From contig JBFESZ010000003.1 of assembly GCA_041548245.1 (NCBI GenBank), positions 1 through 44,797 of the forward strand: a stretch of DNA of 44,797 nt, written 5' to 3'. The notes under the pieces are model-generated. The model was not told where the DNA came from, searched no databases, and saw only the letters and a program-made list of their open reading frames with translations. Origin of the DNA: Sulfurimonadaceae bacterium. GTDB taxonomy: Bacteria; Campylobacterota; Campylobacteria; Campylobacterales; Sulfurimonadaceae. This document shows, one piece after another, positions 28,719-39,382 of this stretch. The translations under genes and the position numbers were made by a program. Numbering within the stretch: position 1 is the stretch's first letter; each line of letters starts with the position of its first letter.

Positions 28719-29819
28719 ATGACAAGCGTTACAAGTCTTAAAACATTGGCTCAATGTCGTGATGCTATTGATACTATTGACGATGAGTTGTTGGAACTTC
28801 TCAATCGTCGTATGCAAGTTGTTGAGCGTGTAGGTAAGATCAAAAATGATTCAGGAGGGACGATTTATAGGCCTGAACGAGAGCATGAGATCATTGACCG
28901 CTTGACCTTAAAGAGTATTAATGATGGCGGTATCTTGAACAAAGAGGCAATTGAAGCTCTGTTCTTGGAGATTTTCGCAATTTCACGAAACCTTGAGTTG
29001 CCTGAAAAGATTGCTTATCTTGGACCTGAAGGAAGTTTTACACATCAGGCAGCAGAGAGCCGTTTTGGCGCGATGAGCGATTATCTTCCACTTAAGTCTA
29101 TCCATGCAGTCTTTAATGCATTGCAGACAAAAAGAGCCAAGTTTGGTGTTGTACCCATTGAGAACTCCAGAGATGGTGCAGTGGGTGAGACATTGGATCT
29201 GTTGGCAAAGTCCAATTATAAGATTGTTGCTGAACTTTATATGCCGATACACCTTTCCTTTGCAACATCCGCCCGTCATCTGAAAGATGTCAAGCGCATC
29301 TATTCCAAGGATAAAGGCTTTGGACAGTGTCGTGACTTTTTAATCGAACATGAACTTCAGGATGTGGAACAGATTCCGGTTGAGTCTACCGCTAAAGCTG
29401 CCAAACTGGCAGCTTTAGACCCGGAGGCTGCTGCTATATGTTCGCATATTGCAGCCAAACTTTATGATGTTCCAAATATGTTTGAAAATATTGAAGACGT
29501 CGATAGCAATACGACGCGTTTTGTCATATTGAGCAATTTTGAAAATGCTCAACATGAGTCATCGAAGACCTCTATTCTGGTTCGTTTAAAGGATGGAAAT
29601 GAGGCAGGTGCTTTGGCACACTTTTTGGCCGATTTTGACAAGGCTCATATCAACTTGTCCAAAATCGAGTCGCGTCCATCAAAAGAGGGAGATGGGTTTG
29701 GATATTGGTTCTATATAGATTTTTATGGGCATATCAGAGACGAAAGACTGGCCCCGATTTTAAAAGAAAGAGCAGATGAGATAACTTGGTTGGGCTCATA
29801 CGTTAGAGGTGATATATGA
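28719..29819 (+). CDS. pheA: Chorismate mutase/prephenate dehydratase
   Basis: N-terminal CM domain ([13 protein letters not shown]), [21 protein letters not shown] domain IESRP. Confidence 0.96.
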   Translation: MTSVTSLKTLAQCRDAIDTIDDELLELLNRRMQVVERVGKIKNDSGGTIYRPEREHEIIDRLTLKSINDGGILNKEAIEALFLEIFAISRNLELPEKIAYLGPEGSFTHQAAESRFGAMSDYLPLKSIHAVFNALQTKRAKFGVVPIENSRDGAVGETLDLLAKSNYKIVAELYMPIHLSFATSARHLKDVKRIYSKDKGFGQCRDFLIEHELQDVEQIPVESTAKAAKLAALDPEAAAICSHIAAKLYDVPNMFENIEDVDSNTTRFVILSNFENAQHESSKTSILVRLKDGNEAGALAHFLADFDKAHINLSKIESRPSKEGDGFGYWFYIDFYGHIRDERLAPILKERADEITWLGSYVRGDI

Positions 29820-30916
29820 ATTTTAATGAAGAGTTAGAAGGTATTAAGACATATGAAGCGGGCAAGCCGATTGAACTTGTTGTGCGTGAGTATGGTGTAG
29901 AGACAAAGGATATTGTCAAACTGGCAAGTAATGAGAACCCTTACGGTACGTCTCCTAAGGTGACTCAGGCGGTAAAAGATATCGCGCATAAGATGTTTTT
30001 GTATCCCGATGATTCGATGTATGCCTTAAAAGAGGAATTGGCAAAAAAGTTTGGTGTAGACAAAGACGAAGTTGTTATCGGAGCCGGTTCAGATCAAGTG
30101 ATTGAGTTTGCCGTGCATGCAAAACTTAATGCATCTGCAAAGGTTTTAATGAACTCCATTACCTTTGCCATGTATGAAATTTATGCACGTCATGTTGGAG
30201 CTGAAGTCATCAGAACATCTTCACGCGAGCATGATCTGCAAGAGTTTTATCAACTCTATTTAGAACATAAACCGGAGATGATCTTTATCTGTACACCAAA
30301 CAATCCTACCGGGGATGCGATTAATACATCAGATCTCAAAGCGTTTCTTGCAAAGATCGATAAAGAGACTTTAGTCGTTGTGGATGGTGCGTATATGGAG
30401 TATGCCGCGTTTAAGGATGAAAGCAAAGCGGTTTCAGCCAAAGAATTGATCGGTGAGTTTTCCAATGTGCTTTATTTGGGAACTTTTTCAAAGGCTTATG
30501 GACTTGGCGGTATGCGTACAGGCTACGGGATTGCTAATAAGGATATCATCAAGGCCCTGTATAAACTTCGACCGCCTTTCAATATTACGACGCTTTCTCT
30601 TGAGGCGGCAACAGTTGCACTCTCGGATCAGACGTTTGTTGATTCATCTATAGAAAAGAATTTCGAACAGATGAAACGCTATGAAAGCTTCGCAGCTGAG
30701 CAGAATATAGAAATTATAGAATCTTATACCAATTTTGTAACGCTTTGTCTGAATGAGAAGCAAAACTCAAGCGATATTTCATTATCTTTGTTAAAAAAAG
30801 GTATGATTGTTAGAGATTTAAAAGGGTATAATCTCAATGCAATCCGTGTGACTATAGGGACGGATAAAGAGAATACCAGATTCTTTGAGCTCTTCAAAGA
30901 AGTAGTAAACAACTAG
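29816..30916 (+). CDS. hisC: Histidinol-phosphate aminotransferase
   Basis: [30 protein letters not shown]. Confidence 0.93.
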   Translation: MNFNEELEGIKTYEAGKPIELVVREYGVETKDIVKLASNENPYGTSPKVTQAVKDIAHKMFLYPDDSMYALKEELAKKFGVDKDEVVIGAGSDQVIEFAVHAKLNASAKVLMNSITFAMYEIYARHVGAEVIRTSSREHDLQEFYQLYLEHKPEMIFICTPNNPTGDAINTSDLKAFLAKIDKETLVVVDGAYMEYAAFKDESKAVSAKELIGEFSNVLYLGTFSKAYGLGGMRTGYGIANKDIIKALYKLRPPFNITTLSLEAATVALSDQTFVDSSIEKNFEQMKRYESFAAEQNIEIIESYTNFVTLCLNEKQNSSDISLSLLKKGMIVRDLKGYNLNAIRVTIGTDKENTRFFELFKEVVNN

Positions 30917-30923
30917 GGTATAA

Positions 30924-32663
30924 ATGGATTTAAAAGCACTCGTATCGCAACTTGTTGGACTCTATGATAAGCTTAACAAAAGCCAAAAATTAGTCGTTGC
31001 CGCTACGATTGTAGGTGTTGTCACTTTTTTACTCTTTCTTGTCGTTTATACGACAAAAGGTGCATCAAGAGGCAATTACAAGGTCTTGTTTGACTCGCTT
31101 TCTGCATCAGATGCCGCTTTGGTGATCGAGCAGCTCGAAAAAGATAACATCCCTTATAAAATTCCTCGTGAAAATGTGATTGAAGTACCCAAAGATGTGG
31201 TCTATAAAGAGCGTATAGCTATTGCTGCCCTGGGCCTTCCTCGAGAGAGCAGTGTCGGTTTTGAGCTGTTTGATACTCAGGAGTTTGGTGCAACGAGCTT
31301 TGATCAAAACGTTAAGTTTTTACGTGCCCTTGAAGGTGAGTTGTCCCGCACTGTACAAAGTTTAGGGCCGGTTGAGACAGCTAATGTTAATCTGGCTCTT
31401 CCTAAAGAGTCACTGTTTGTCTCAGAGCAGGTCGCACCGACAGCATCAGTGGTGGTCTCGATTTATGATGGACGTGTCCTTAGCCCCAAACAGATAAGAG
31501 GGATTAAAAACCTTGTGGCTTCAGCCGTGCCAAAGATGAGTTCGGAAAATGTCTCTTTGATTAACTCAGAGGGAGAGGAACTTGGCGGTGAGAATGACAC
31601 ATCGGTTCTTGGTGAACTTTCAGGGATGCAGCTTAAATACAAAAACCGTGAAGAGAAGAAACGTGAAGATAAAATTGTTAACGTACTTGCACCCTTCATC
31701 GGAGGGACAAACAGAGTCGTAGCCAAAGTGACTATCGAGTATGATTTTTCTCAAAAATCTTCTACATCAGAGACTTATGACCCTGAATCTGTCGTTCGTT
31801 CGGAACAGACTATTGAAGAGAAAAGAGAAGGTGCCTCGCCTAAAGAGATTGGAGGTGTTCCGGGAGCGGTAAGTAATATCGGTCCGGTAGAGGGACTGGA
31901 GTCTCAAGGTAAGAGTGAGCAATATGAAAAATCAAATGTTTCCACAAACTATGAGATATCCAAGACCATCTCAAGTACCAAAGGTGAGTTTGCGACGATT
32001 AAACGTGTGACGGCAGCCGTTGTTGTGGATGGAAAGTATCAGGCAAAACTTGATACTGAAGGCAATCCGACGGATGAACTTGAGTATGTTAACAGGGAAG
32101 AGAGTGAGCTTGAAGCAATATCTTCACTGGTCAAACAAGCGATCGGTGCCAATGAAGGACGCGGTGACCTTGTTACAGTAAGAAACTTTCAGTTTGAAGG
32201 TATTAAGGCTGAAGGGAAAGGGGTCAGTGTCAAGGTTGGCGATTTTTATACGGCTTACTTAAGTCCTTTCTCTGAGCTTTTCAAACTTGTTCTTGTGGGT
32301 CTTATTCTCTTCCTGGTTTACAAGAAGCTTATTACACCGTTTGCAGAGCGAATGCTTGAGTTCTCCAAGGAAGAGGACGAGATGGAGCGCCCTGTGCTCG
32401 AAATTGATGAAGAGGAAGAAGAAGACCTTGTCGAACGTGTTCAACAGATGCGTAAGAGAGTGGAAGACCAACTTGGCGTGGGTGAAAACTTTAATGAGGA
32501 TGAGCTTAAATACGATGTCCTTATAGAGAAAGTAAGAACAATTGCGGAAGAACGTCCTGATGAGCTCTCTTCGCTTTTACAGGCCCTGATCGATGAAGAG
32601 ATAGGTGAAGATACGAGTAGTTTAGCACAGAAGATGGCAGCTGCAGCTGCAGGAAGGGGATAA
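30924..32663 (+). CDS. fliF: Flagellar MS-ring protein FliF
   Basis: GFELFD, RALEGELSRT, PTASV, GGVPGAVSN; two TM segments. Confidence 0.96.
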   Translation: MDLKALVSQLVGLYDKLNKSQKLVVAATIVGVVTFLLFLVVYTTKGASRGNYKVLFDSLSASDAALVIEQLEKDNIPYKIPRENVIEVPKDVVYKERIAIAALGLPRESSVGFELFDTQEFGATSFDQNVKFLRALEGELSRTVQSLGPVETANVNLALPKESLFVSEQVAPTASVVVSIYDGRVLSPKQIRGIKNLVASAVPKMSSENVSLINSEGEELGGENDTSVLGELSGMQLKYKNREEKKREDKIVNVLAPFIGGTNRVVAKVTIEYDFSQKSSTSETYDPESVVRSEQTIEEKREGASPKEIGGVPGAVSNIGPVEGLESQGKSEQYEKSNVSTNYEISKTISSTKGEFATIKRVTAAVVVDGKYQAKLDTEGNPTDELEYVNREESELEAISSLVKQAIGANEGRGDLVTVRNFQFEGIKAEGKGVSVKVGDFYTAYLSPFSELFKLVLVGLILFLVYKKLITPFAERMLEFSKEEDEMERPVLEIDEEEEEDLVERVQQMRKRVEDQLGVGENFNEDELKYDVLIEKVRTIAEERPDELSSLLQALIDEEIGEDTSSLAQKMAAAAAGRG

Positions 32664-32664
32664 G

Positions 32665-33690
32665 ATGCAACTTTCACCAGCACAGCAGGCAAGATTTGAT
32701 GAGATGAGCATGGGAGAGAAAATCTCTGTATTGCTCTTGCAGCTGGGAGAAGAGATAACAGCATCAGTCTTTTCTCATTTGAGTGTAGAAGCAATTACAG
32801 AGATTTCGAAATATATAGCTGCTTCCAAGTCAATTGACAAGGCAATAGCGACAGCTGTATTGGAAGAGTTTTATGCAATTTTTCAATCGAATCAATATAT
32901 TTCAAGCGGAGGTTTGGAGTATGCAAGAGAGATTCTTTATAAGGCACTTGGGCAGGAAGAAGCAAAAAAAGTCCTTGACAGGCTTTCAAAGAGTTTGCAA
33001 AGTTCGCAGAACTTTGCTTACCTCTCCAAAATAAAACCACAGCAACTTGCCGACTTTATCGTCAATGAGCATCCGCAAACCATAGCGCTTATTTTAGCGC
33101 ATATGGATTCAACAGCTGCAGCAGAGACTTTGAGTTATTTTTCAGATGATCTTCGTGCAGAAATTGCAATGCGTATGGCAAAGCTGGGGGATATATCGCC
33201 TTCTGTTATCAAACGTGTTTCAGCTGTATTGGAATCAAAACTTGAGTCTCTCGCCTCCTACAAGGTCGAGGTGGGTGGACCGCGTGCGGTGGCAGATATT
33301 TTCAACCGTCTTGGAGCTAAGGCATCTAAGGGAACACTTTCTCATATCGAGCAGATAGACGAGCAGCTTGCATCTTCTATTAAAGAGATGATGTTTACTT
33401 TTGATGATATCGTCACACTTGACAACAATGGTGTTCGCGAGATATTGAAAGCAGTGGACAAGAAAGAGCTTATGCTTGCATTGAAGTCTTCTCCTGAAGA
33501 GCTTAAAGAGAAATTCTTTTCAAATATGTCAGAGCGTGCGCGCCTGGCTTTTGAAGAAGAGATGCAGTTCCTCGGTGCGGTCAAAGTTAAAGATGTCGAG
33601 ACCTCTCAACGTAAGATTGTAGAAGCTGTTCAACAGTTGGCGGAACAGGGTGTGCTGCAAGTTGGTGAAACGGAAGAGATGATTGAATAA
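32665..33690 (+). CDS. fliG: Flagellar motor switch protein FliG
   Basis: GGLEYA, EHPQTIA, MFTFDD, NMSERA. Confidence 0.97.
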   Translation: MQLSPAQQARFDEMSMGEKISVLLLQLGEEITASVFSHLSVEAITEISKYIAASKSIDKAIATAVLEEFYAIFQSNQYISSGGLEYAREILYKALGQEEAKKVLDRLSKSLQSSQNFAYLSKIKPQQLADFIVNEHPQTIALILAHMDSTAAAETLSYFSDDLRAEIAMRMAKLGDISPSVIKRVSAVLESKLESLASYKVEVGGPRAVADIFNRLGAKASKGTLSHIEQIDEQLASSIKEMMFTFDDIVTLDNNGVREILKAVDKKELMLALKSSPEELKEKFFSNMSERARLAFEEEMQFLGAVKVKDVETSQRKIVEAVQQLAEQGVLQVGETEEMIE

Positions 33691-34499
33691 TGGAAACTGT
33701 AATCCAGAAAGAAGCGACCAGCGGTCACATCATTAACAAATACAACTTTAAAGTTCTCCCTTCTAATACGAGCGGTTCTATAGAAGGCTCCAGAAAAGAT
33801 GACGAGTTTGTTCCCGCATCCAAGTTGGCTGACGCACGAAGTGAAGAGGTTGGCCCTGTCGAGGATAATGGATCAGGCGATGTTCTTTCTAAGTCATCAA
33901 AAGATGAGTTAATAGAGTCTCTTTTAAAAAAGACAGATGAAATGTCATCAAATTTTATAAAGATGCAGATGAAGCTTGAGTCCAAGGAAGAAGAGTATAG
34001 ACAAGCCCTTGAAAAAGCAAGAGCAGAAGCCTTTGAAGAAGGAAAAACTGCTGGTGTAAAAGAGGCACAAGAGCAGATTCAGTCTGAACATAGTGACTTA
34101 ATGAAACAGTTTGCTGCTTCTGTCGAGACCTTGGATCACAGTACAAAAGAGTTTGCATTGTCGATAGAAGGTATTCAGGAAGAGTTGATCCATGCAGCGG
34201 TTGACATTGCCAAAGAGGTTATTCTGGTAGAGACATCAGCGCGTGGAAATGAAATTGCTACTCAATTGGCCAAAGAGCTTATCGCTGAGATAAAAATGTC
34301 ATCAGAAGTGACGATTAAGGTTAATCCTAATGATAAAGTTGCCATAGAGCAGAGCCTGGGAACACTTGAAAATGTTAAAATTATATCTGATAATGCCGTC
34401 AGTAAGGGCGGGGTGATCATTTTAAGTGATGCCGGAAATATAGACGGTGATATCATGAAGCGGTACGAGCGTGTTAAAAGCGCAGCCTTAGGAAAATAA
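33690..34499 (+). CDS. fliH: Flagellar assembly protein FliH
   Basis: AFEEGKTAG repeat, KVNPND, GGVII..GNIDG; follows fliG. Confidence 0.92.
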   Translation: METVIQKEATSGHIINKYNFKVLPSNTSGSIEGSRKDDEFVPASKLADARSEEVGPVEDNGSGDVLSKSSKDELIESLLKKTDEMSSNFIKMQMKLESKEEEYRQALEKARAEAFEEGKTAGVKEAQEQIQSEHSDLMKQFAASVETLDHSTKEFALSIEGIQEELIHAAVDIAKEVILVETSARGNEIATQLAKELIAEIKMSSEVTIKVNPNDKVAIEQSLGTLENVKIISDNAVSKGGVIILSDAGNIDGDIMKRYERVKSAALGK

Positions 34500-34516
34500 A
34501 TTTTTAAAAGTTATTA

Positions 34517-36340
34517 ATGAAAAATATAAAAGATATGAATGCGCAAGAGCGTGAAGAGCTCTGTAAAGATATACGAGAACGGATTTTAGAAGTAGTAAGT
34601 AAAAATGGTGGGCATCTGAGTTCCACTTTGGGCGCGACTGAACTGATTGTGGCCATGCATGCAGTGTTTGATATTGAAAAAGACCCATTTATTTTCGACG
34701 TCTCGCATCAGGCTTATGCCCATAAGCTTATTACAGGACGTTGGGAAGCGTTTGAAACACTACGTCAGTTTGATGGTTTATGCGGGTATACCAAACCAAG
34801 TGAAAGCGATGCGGATTATTATGTAGCTGGACACAGCTCTACTTCAATATCACTTGCTGTCGGCGCAGCCAAGGCATTTGCTTTGACAGGTGAAGATAAG
34901 GTGCCTGTCGTTATGATAGGTGACGGATCAATGTCTGCAGGCATGGCATATGAAGCGCTCAATGAATTAGGTGAGCGAAAGTATCCTATAGTCATTATTC
35001 TTAATGACAATGAGATGAGTATCGCAAAACCAATAGGAGCTATTTCCAAACACCTCTCTCAAGCAATGGCAGGCCCTTTTTACCAAAAGTTAAAAGCCAA
35101 GACAGAAAAGATACTTGAGCACTTTCCAGATGGTGCTACCTATCTGGCAAAACGTTTTGAAGAGAGTTTTAAACTGATTACTCCAGGACTGATATTTGAA
35201 GAGATGGGTCTTGAATATATTGGTCCGATTGACGGCCATGATACCAACTCGATTATCGAGACACTCACCATTGCAAAACAGCTTAGAAAACCTGTTATAG
35301 TCCATGCTCAAACCTTAAAAGGAAAGGGGTATGAACTCGCAGAAGGTCATCATGAACACTGGCATGGTGTCTCTCCATTTGACATTTCTGATGGGAAAGC
35401 CAGCAAAAAATCTTCAGGCAAAACGGCTACTAAGATTTATACAGAGAAGCTCTTAGAACTGTCACGTGCAGATGAAAAAATTGTTGGCGTTACAGCGGCA
35501 ATGCCAAGCGGAACAGGTCTTCGTGAGCTTTTAGACGAGTTTCCAGAGCGTTTTTGGGATGTTGGGATTGCCGAGCAGCATGCTGTGACATCGATGGGAC
35601 CATTGGCAAAAGAGGGGTTTAAGCCCTTTTGTACGATCTATTCTACTTTTTTGCAACGTGGTTATGATCAGGTTATTCACGATATCTGTCTGATGGATCT
35701 GCCTGTTGTCTTTGCGTTGGATAGAGCTGGGATAGTTGGAGAAGACGGGGAGACACATCAGGGTGTTTTTGATATCTCATTTTTACGTGCCATTCCTAAT
35801 ATGACGATTTTTGCTCCGCGAAATGAAAAGACGATGCATGCTGCAATGGACTTCGCCCATACCTTCAAGAGTCCATGTGCTCTGCGTTATCCTCGCGGCT
35901 CTTTTTTAGATGATGATAATGATGAAGTGATCCCTTATGAGTTGGCAAAAGCACAGATGCTTCAAGAGAGCTCAGGAGATATTTTGTTTATTGGATACGG
36001 CAATGGTGTTGGACGAGCCAAGCAGACGGCAGGGTTGTTGGATGAAGAGATCGCTATTATGGATCTTCGTTTTGTCAAACCTTTGGATGAGGATATGTTA
36101 CGCCAGTGTGCCAAGCAGTATACTCACTGGTATGTCTTCTCTGATTCAGCCAAGATGGGGGGTGTCGGCTCAGCTATCTTAGAGTTTCTTGCTGAAGAGG
36201 GGATCATAGGTATACGTCTGAAGAGCTTTGAATACGAAGATGCATTTATTACTCATGGTAATACAAGGCTTGTTGAAGAGTCACTGGGACTGCTTCCAGA
36301 TCAGTTGGCAGAAAAGGTTAAAGCATTTTATTCGAAATGA
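34517..36340 (+). CDS. dxs: 1-deoxy-D-xylulose-5-phosphate synthase
   Basis: GGHLSS, DVSHQAY, GDGSM..LNDN (TPP binding), IAEQH, DRAG, GETHQG. Confidence 0.97.
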   Translation: MKNIKDMNAQEREELCKDIRERILEVVSKNGGHLSSTLGATELIVAMHAVFDIEKDPFIFDVSHQAYAHKLITGRWEAFETLRQFDGLCGYTKPSESDADYYVAGHSSTSISLAVGAAKAFALTGEDKVPVVMIGDGSMSAGMAYEALNELGERKYPIVIILNDNEMSIAKPIGAISKHLSQAMAGPFYQKLKAKTEKILEHFPDGATYLAKRFEESFKLITPGLIFEEMGLEYIGPIDGHDTNSIIETLTIAKQLRKPVIVHAQTLKGKGYELAEGHHEHWHGVSPFDISDGKASKKSSGKTATKIYTEKLLELSRADEKIVGVTAAMPSGTGLRELLDEFPERFWDVGIAEQHAVTSMGPLAKEGFKPFCTIYSTFLQRGYDQVIHDICLMDLPVVFALDRAGIVGEDGETHQGVFDISFLRAIPNMTIFAPRNEKTMHAAMDFAHTFKSPCALRYPRGSFLDDDNDEVIPYELAKAQMLQESSGDILFIGYGNGVGRAKQTAGLLDEEIAIMDLRFVKPLDEDMLRQCAKQYTHWYVFSDSAKMGGVGSAILEFLAEEGIIGIRLKSFEYEDAFITHGNTRLVEESLGLLPDQLAEKVKAFYSK

Positions 36341-36416
36341 TCTTTTCAATTCATATGTGAAATAAGAAGTCGTACAATAGTTTTTTGTTATTAACGAAAA
36401 AGAGGAAAAGATAAAG

Positions 36417-36442
36417 TTATAAAAGGGAAATCCCTTTTATAA
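36417..36442. terminator. Bidirectional intrinsic terminator between convergent dxs and ahpC
   Basis: TTATAAAAGGG-AAAT-CCCTTTTATAA perfect 11-bp inverted repeat. Confidence 0.75.
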
Positions 36443-36455
36443 GAAGAAGGGGACC

Positions 36456-37052
36456 TTACAGGTCAGCTTCGTGCTTGCCAAGGTACTCAGCAACACCTTC
36501 AGTTGTAGGTTTCATACCTTCGTCACCTTTGTTCCAGCCTGCAGCACATACTTCACCATGCTCGTTAGTGAAAAGCATAGCGTCAACCATACGTAGCATC
36601 TCATCGATGTTACGTCCAAGTGGTAGGTCATTGATAACAGCGTGGCGGATCGTTCCGTCTTTATCGATTAGGAATGAGCCGCGTAGAGCAACACCACCGT
36701 CAAGAAGTACGTCATATGCTTTAGAAATCTCTTTTGTAAGGTCAGCTACTAGTGGGTATTTAACTTGACCGATACCACCTTGGTTTACCGGCGTGTTTTT
36801 CCATGCAAAGTGAGAGAACTGTGAGTCAACAGAAACACCGATTACATTGATACCACGTGCTTGGAACTCAGCAAGACGGTGATCAAATGCGATGATCTCA
36901 GATGGACATACGAAAGTAAAGTCTAGTGGGTAGAAGTATAAAACTGTACCGTTTTCACCAAAGTTTTCATATAGGTTGAAGTTGTCAACGATTTCATTGT
37001 TACCAAGAACTGTTGTCGCTGTAAAGTCTGGAGCTTTTTTAGTTACTAGCAT
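36456..37052 (-). CDS. ahpC: 2-Cys peroxiredoxin (AhpC/Prx1)
   Basis: FYPLDFTFVCPSE, ALRGSF, GRN, HGEVC. Confidence 0.96.
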   Translation of the reverse strand: MLVTKKAPDFTATTVLGNNEIVDNFNLYENFGENGTVLYFYPLDFTFVCPSEIIAFDHRLAEFQARGINVIGVSVDSQFSHFAWKNTPVNQGGIGQVKYPLVADLTKEISKAYDVLLDGGVALRGSFLIDKDGTIRHAVINDLPLGRNIDEMLRMVDAMLFTNEHGEVCAAGWNKGDEGMKPTTEGVAEYLGKHEADL

Positions 37053-37085
37053 TGAGCTATCCTTAAATTGATTTTTTGTTCTGCG

Positions 37086-37094
37086 ATTTTAACA
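37086..37094 (-). promoter_or_regulatory. Extended -10 promoter of ahpC
   Basis: TGTTAAAAT (TGn-TAAAAT) on the minus strand, 33 nt upstream of the ATG. Confidence 0.6.
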
Positions 37095-37225
37095 CAAAAA
37101 ACTAAAGTTTATATCACAAAGAAATATAGGTGATTAAATTTAGAATATATTAAAGAAGTTCGAAAAGCCCACTATAATTGGGTTTCGCTATAATTCCAGT
37201 ATTAATTGAGACAAAGGACTTATCG

Positions 37226-38389
37226 ATGACAAAAGAGTATTTATTTACTTCCGAGTCTGTAACGGAAGGACATCCGGATAAGATGGCAGATCAGATCTCT
37301 GATGCGATTTTAGACTATATTATTGAACGTGACCCGGATGCGCGTGTGGCATGTGAGACAATGGTCTCTAATGGATTCTGTATGATCTCTGGTGAGATGA
37401 AGACGACGACTTATGCGCCGATTCAAGATATAGCAAGAAATGTGATCCGTGAGATCGGATATACCGATGCAACTTATGGGTTTGATTACAGGGCAGCTGC
37501 TGTGCTTAATGGTCTTGGAGAGCAGTCCCCGGATATCAACCAAGGTGTTGATTTGGCTGATGGAGAGATAGGAGCAGGGGATCAAGGTTTGATGTTCGGG
37601 TATGCTTGTAATGAGACAAAGGTACTGATGCCGCTTCCAATATACTTGGCGCATCAACTTACCCAGCGATTGGCTTGTGTACGAAAAGACGGGATTATCT
37701 CCTATTTAAGACCGGATGGAAAAGCTCAAGTAACGGTCAAATATGTAAATGGGAAACCGGTAGGTGTCGATACGGTCGTTGTTTCAACACAACATGCACC
37801 AGATGTCCCACAAGCACAATTAAGAGAGGATGTAATTGAAGAGGTTATCAAAGCGGTGATTCCCAAGGCATTGTTGAATGATGATGTGAAGTATCATATC
37901 AATCCGACAGGCAAGTTTGTCATTGGAGGACCACAAGGTGATGCAGGTTTGACCGGGCGCAAGATAATAGTGGATACTTACGGCGGTTCTTGTCCGCATG
38001 GTGGAGGGGCTTTTTCAGGGAAAGATCCTACGAAGGTAGACCGTTCGGCTGCTTATGCAGCCCGCTATATTGCCAAGAATCTTGTCGCTTCAGGTGCTTG
38101 TGAAAGAGCCACTATACAGATATCTTATGCCATTGGGATAGTGCAGCCTGTCTCTATTATGGTAAATACACATGGGACGGCCAAGGTTGAGGAAGAGAAG
38201 ATTGAAGCATGTGTAAAAGCTCTATTTGATCTAAGTCCCAAAGGAATTATCAAATCATTAAACCTTTTACGACCGATTTATCGCAGAACGGCTTCATATG
38301 GGCATTTTGGCCGTGAAGAGGAGTTGTTCACATGGGAAAAAACAGATAGAGTAGATGAGATAAAAAGTTACTTAGGACTCAAAGGCTAA
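37226..38389 (+). CDS. metK: S-adenosylmethionine synthetase
   Basis: [31 protein letters not shown] at 37226 behind AAGGA. Confidence 0.98.
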   Translation: MTKEYLFTSESVTEGHPDKMADQISDAILDYIIERDPDARVACETMVSNGFCMISGEMKTTTYAPIQDIARNVIREIGYTDATYGFDYRAAAVLNGLGEQSPDINQGVDLADGEIGAGDQGLMFGYACNETKVLMPLPIYLAHQLTQRLACVRKDGIISYLRPDGKAQVTVKYVNGKPVGVDTVVVSTQHAPDVPQAQLREDVIEEVIKAVIPKALLNDDVKYHINPTGKFVIGGPQGDAGLTGRKIIVDTYGGSCPHGGGAFSGKDPTKVDRSAAYAARYIAKNLVASGACERATIQISYAIGIVQPVSIMVNTHGTAKVEEEKIEACVKALFDLSPKGIIKSLNLLRPIYRRTASYGHFGREEELFTWEKTDRVDEIKSYLGLKG

Positions 38390-38467
38390 AAAATAAGCAC
38401 TAATTTTTGCAATATTTAAAAAAAATTCGATATAGTAGCGTTAACATTTTAATTAAGGAGAAATGAT

Positions 38468-38827
38468 ATGGCAGTAATTATTAATGACACATGTATTAAC
38501 TGTGGTGCTTGTATCGACGAATGTCCAGTTGAGGCGATCGTTGACGAAGATGATAACCCAACGGGTGAGGAACTTTACTACGTTTATCCAGATAAATGTG
38601 TAGAGTGTGTTGACCATCATGATGAGCCAGCTTGTGCTACAGCTTGTCCAACTGAGGGTTGTATTACTTGGGACATGCCATTTACGGCTGATCACAAAGA
38701 TTTCTTTAGCGGAAGCAACTATGTTGGTGGTGAAAACTATGTAATCAACGATGCTGATGCAGAAATGCCATTCCGTAGCGACATCTCTGATGATGTTCGT
38801 AAAAACCGCGGGAACGTAGTAGACTAA
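38468..38827 (+). CDS. fdxA: 2x[4Fe-4S] ferredoxin (FdxA/YfhL-like)
   Basis: CINCGACIDECP and CVECVDHHDEPACATACP; AAGGAG RBS; upstream of ndk as in Campylobacter. Confidence 0.9.
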   Translation: MAVIINDTCINCGACIDECPVEAIVDEDDNPTGEELYYVYPDKCVECVDHHDEPACATACPTEGCITWDMPFTADHKDFFSGSNYVGGENYVINDADAEMPFRSDISDDVRKNRGNVVD

Positions 38828-38846
38828 TCTACTCTTTCTTGTTACT

Positions 38847-38887
38847 TGAAATCCCAATTATGGGGTTTCACTTTCTTCCTTTTTTTT
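38847..38887 (+). terminator. Intrinsic terminator after the ferredoxin gene
   Basis: TGAAATCCCA-ATTA-TGGGGTTTCA followed by CTTTCTTCCTTTTTTTT. Confidence 0.75.
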
Positions 38888-38926
38888 AAACTTTCAAAAT
38901 TAAACACAAATCAATCATTATTAGGG

Positions 38927-38937
38927 TATAATCGCGG
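38927..38937 (+). promoter_or_regulatory. -10 box with GC-rich discriminator for the ndk-yceD-rpmF-plsX-fabH operon
   Basis: TATAAT followed by CGCGG. Confidence 0.6.
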
Positions 38938-38965
38938 TTCTATTTTTTACTTTAGGAGTCATTTG

Positions 38966-39379
38966 ATGGAACAGACACTATCAATCATTAAGCCTGACGC
39001 AGTCGCTAAAGGTGTTATCGGTAAAATCATCGACCGTTTTGAATCTAACGGTTTACGTATTGCTGCAGCTAAAAAGTTACAACTTTCACAAGCTGATGCA
39101 GAGGCATTCTATGCAGTTCACTCTGAGCGCCCTTTTTTCAAAGACCTTGTTGAGTTTATGATCTCTGGTCCTGTTGTTGCAATGGTGCTTGAAGGTGAAG
39201 GTGCAATGGCTAAAAACCGTGAGCTTATGGGTGCAACTAACCCTCAAGAAGCTGAGCCAGGTACAATCCGTGCTGACTTTGCTGACAGTATTGATGCGAA
39301 CGCTGTTCACGGATCTGACTCTTTAGAAAATGCAGCAAACGAGATTAAATTCTTTTTCTCAGACAGAGAAATCGTTTAA
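38966..39379 (+). CDS. ndk: Nucleoside diphosphate kinase
   Basis: [27 protein letters not shown] at 38966 behind AGGAG. Confidence 0.97.
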   Translation: MEQTLSIIKPDAVAKGVIGKIIDRFESNGLRIAAAKKLQLSQADAEAFYAVHSERPFFKDLVEFMISGPVVAMVLEGEGAMAKNRELMGATNPQEAEPGTIRADFADSIDANAVHGSDSLENAANEIKFFFSDREIV

Positions 39380-39382
39380 TTC

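Noticed and set aside
30924-36340. Flagellar fliFGH embedded among housekeeping genes (hisC, dxs)
   Set aside because: An established conserved gene order in Campylobacterota.
37161-38870. Similar GAAA..CCCA..TGGG.TTTC hairpins flanking metK-fdxA as possible mobile-element ends
   Set aside because: The match is short and imperfect, there is no transposase or target duplication, and the second copy is explained as a terminator.
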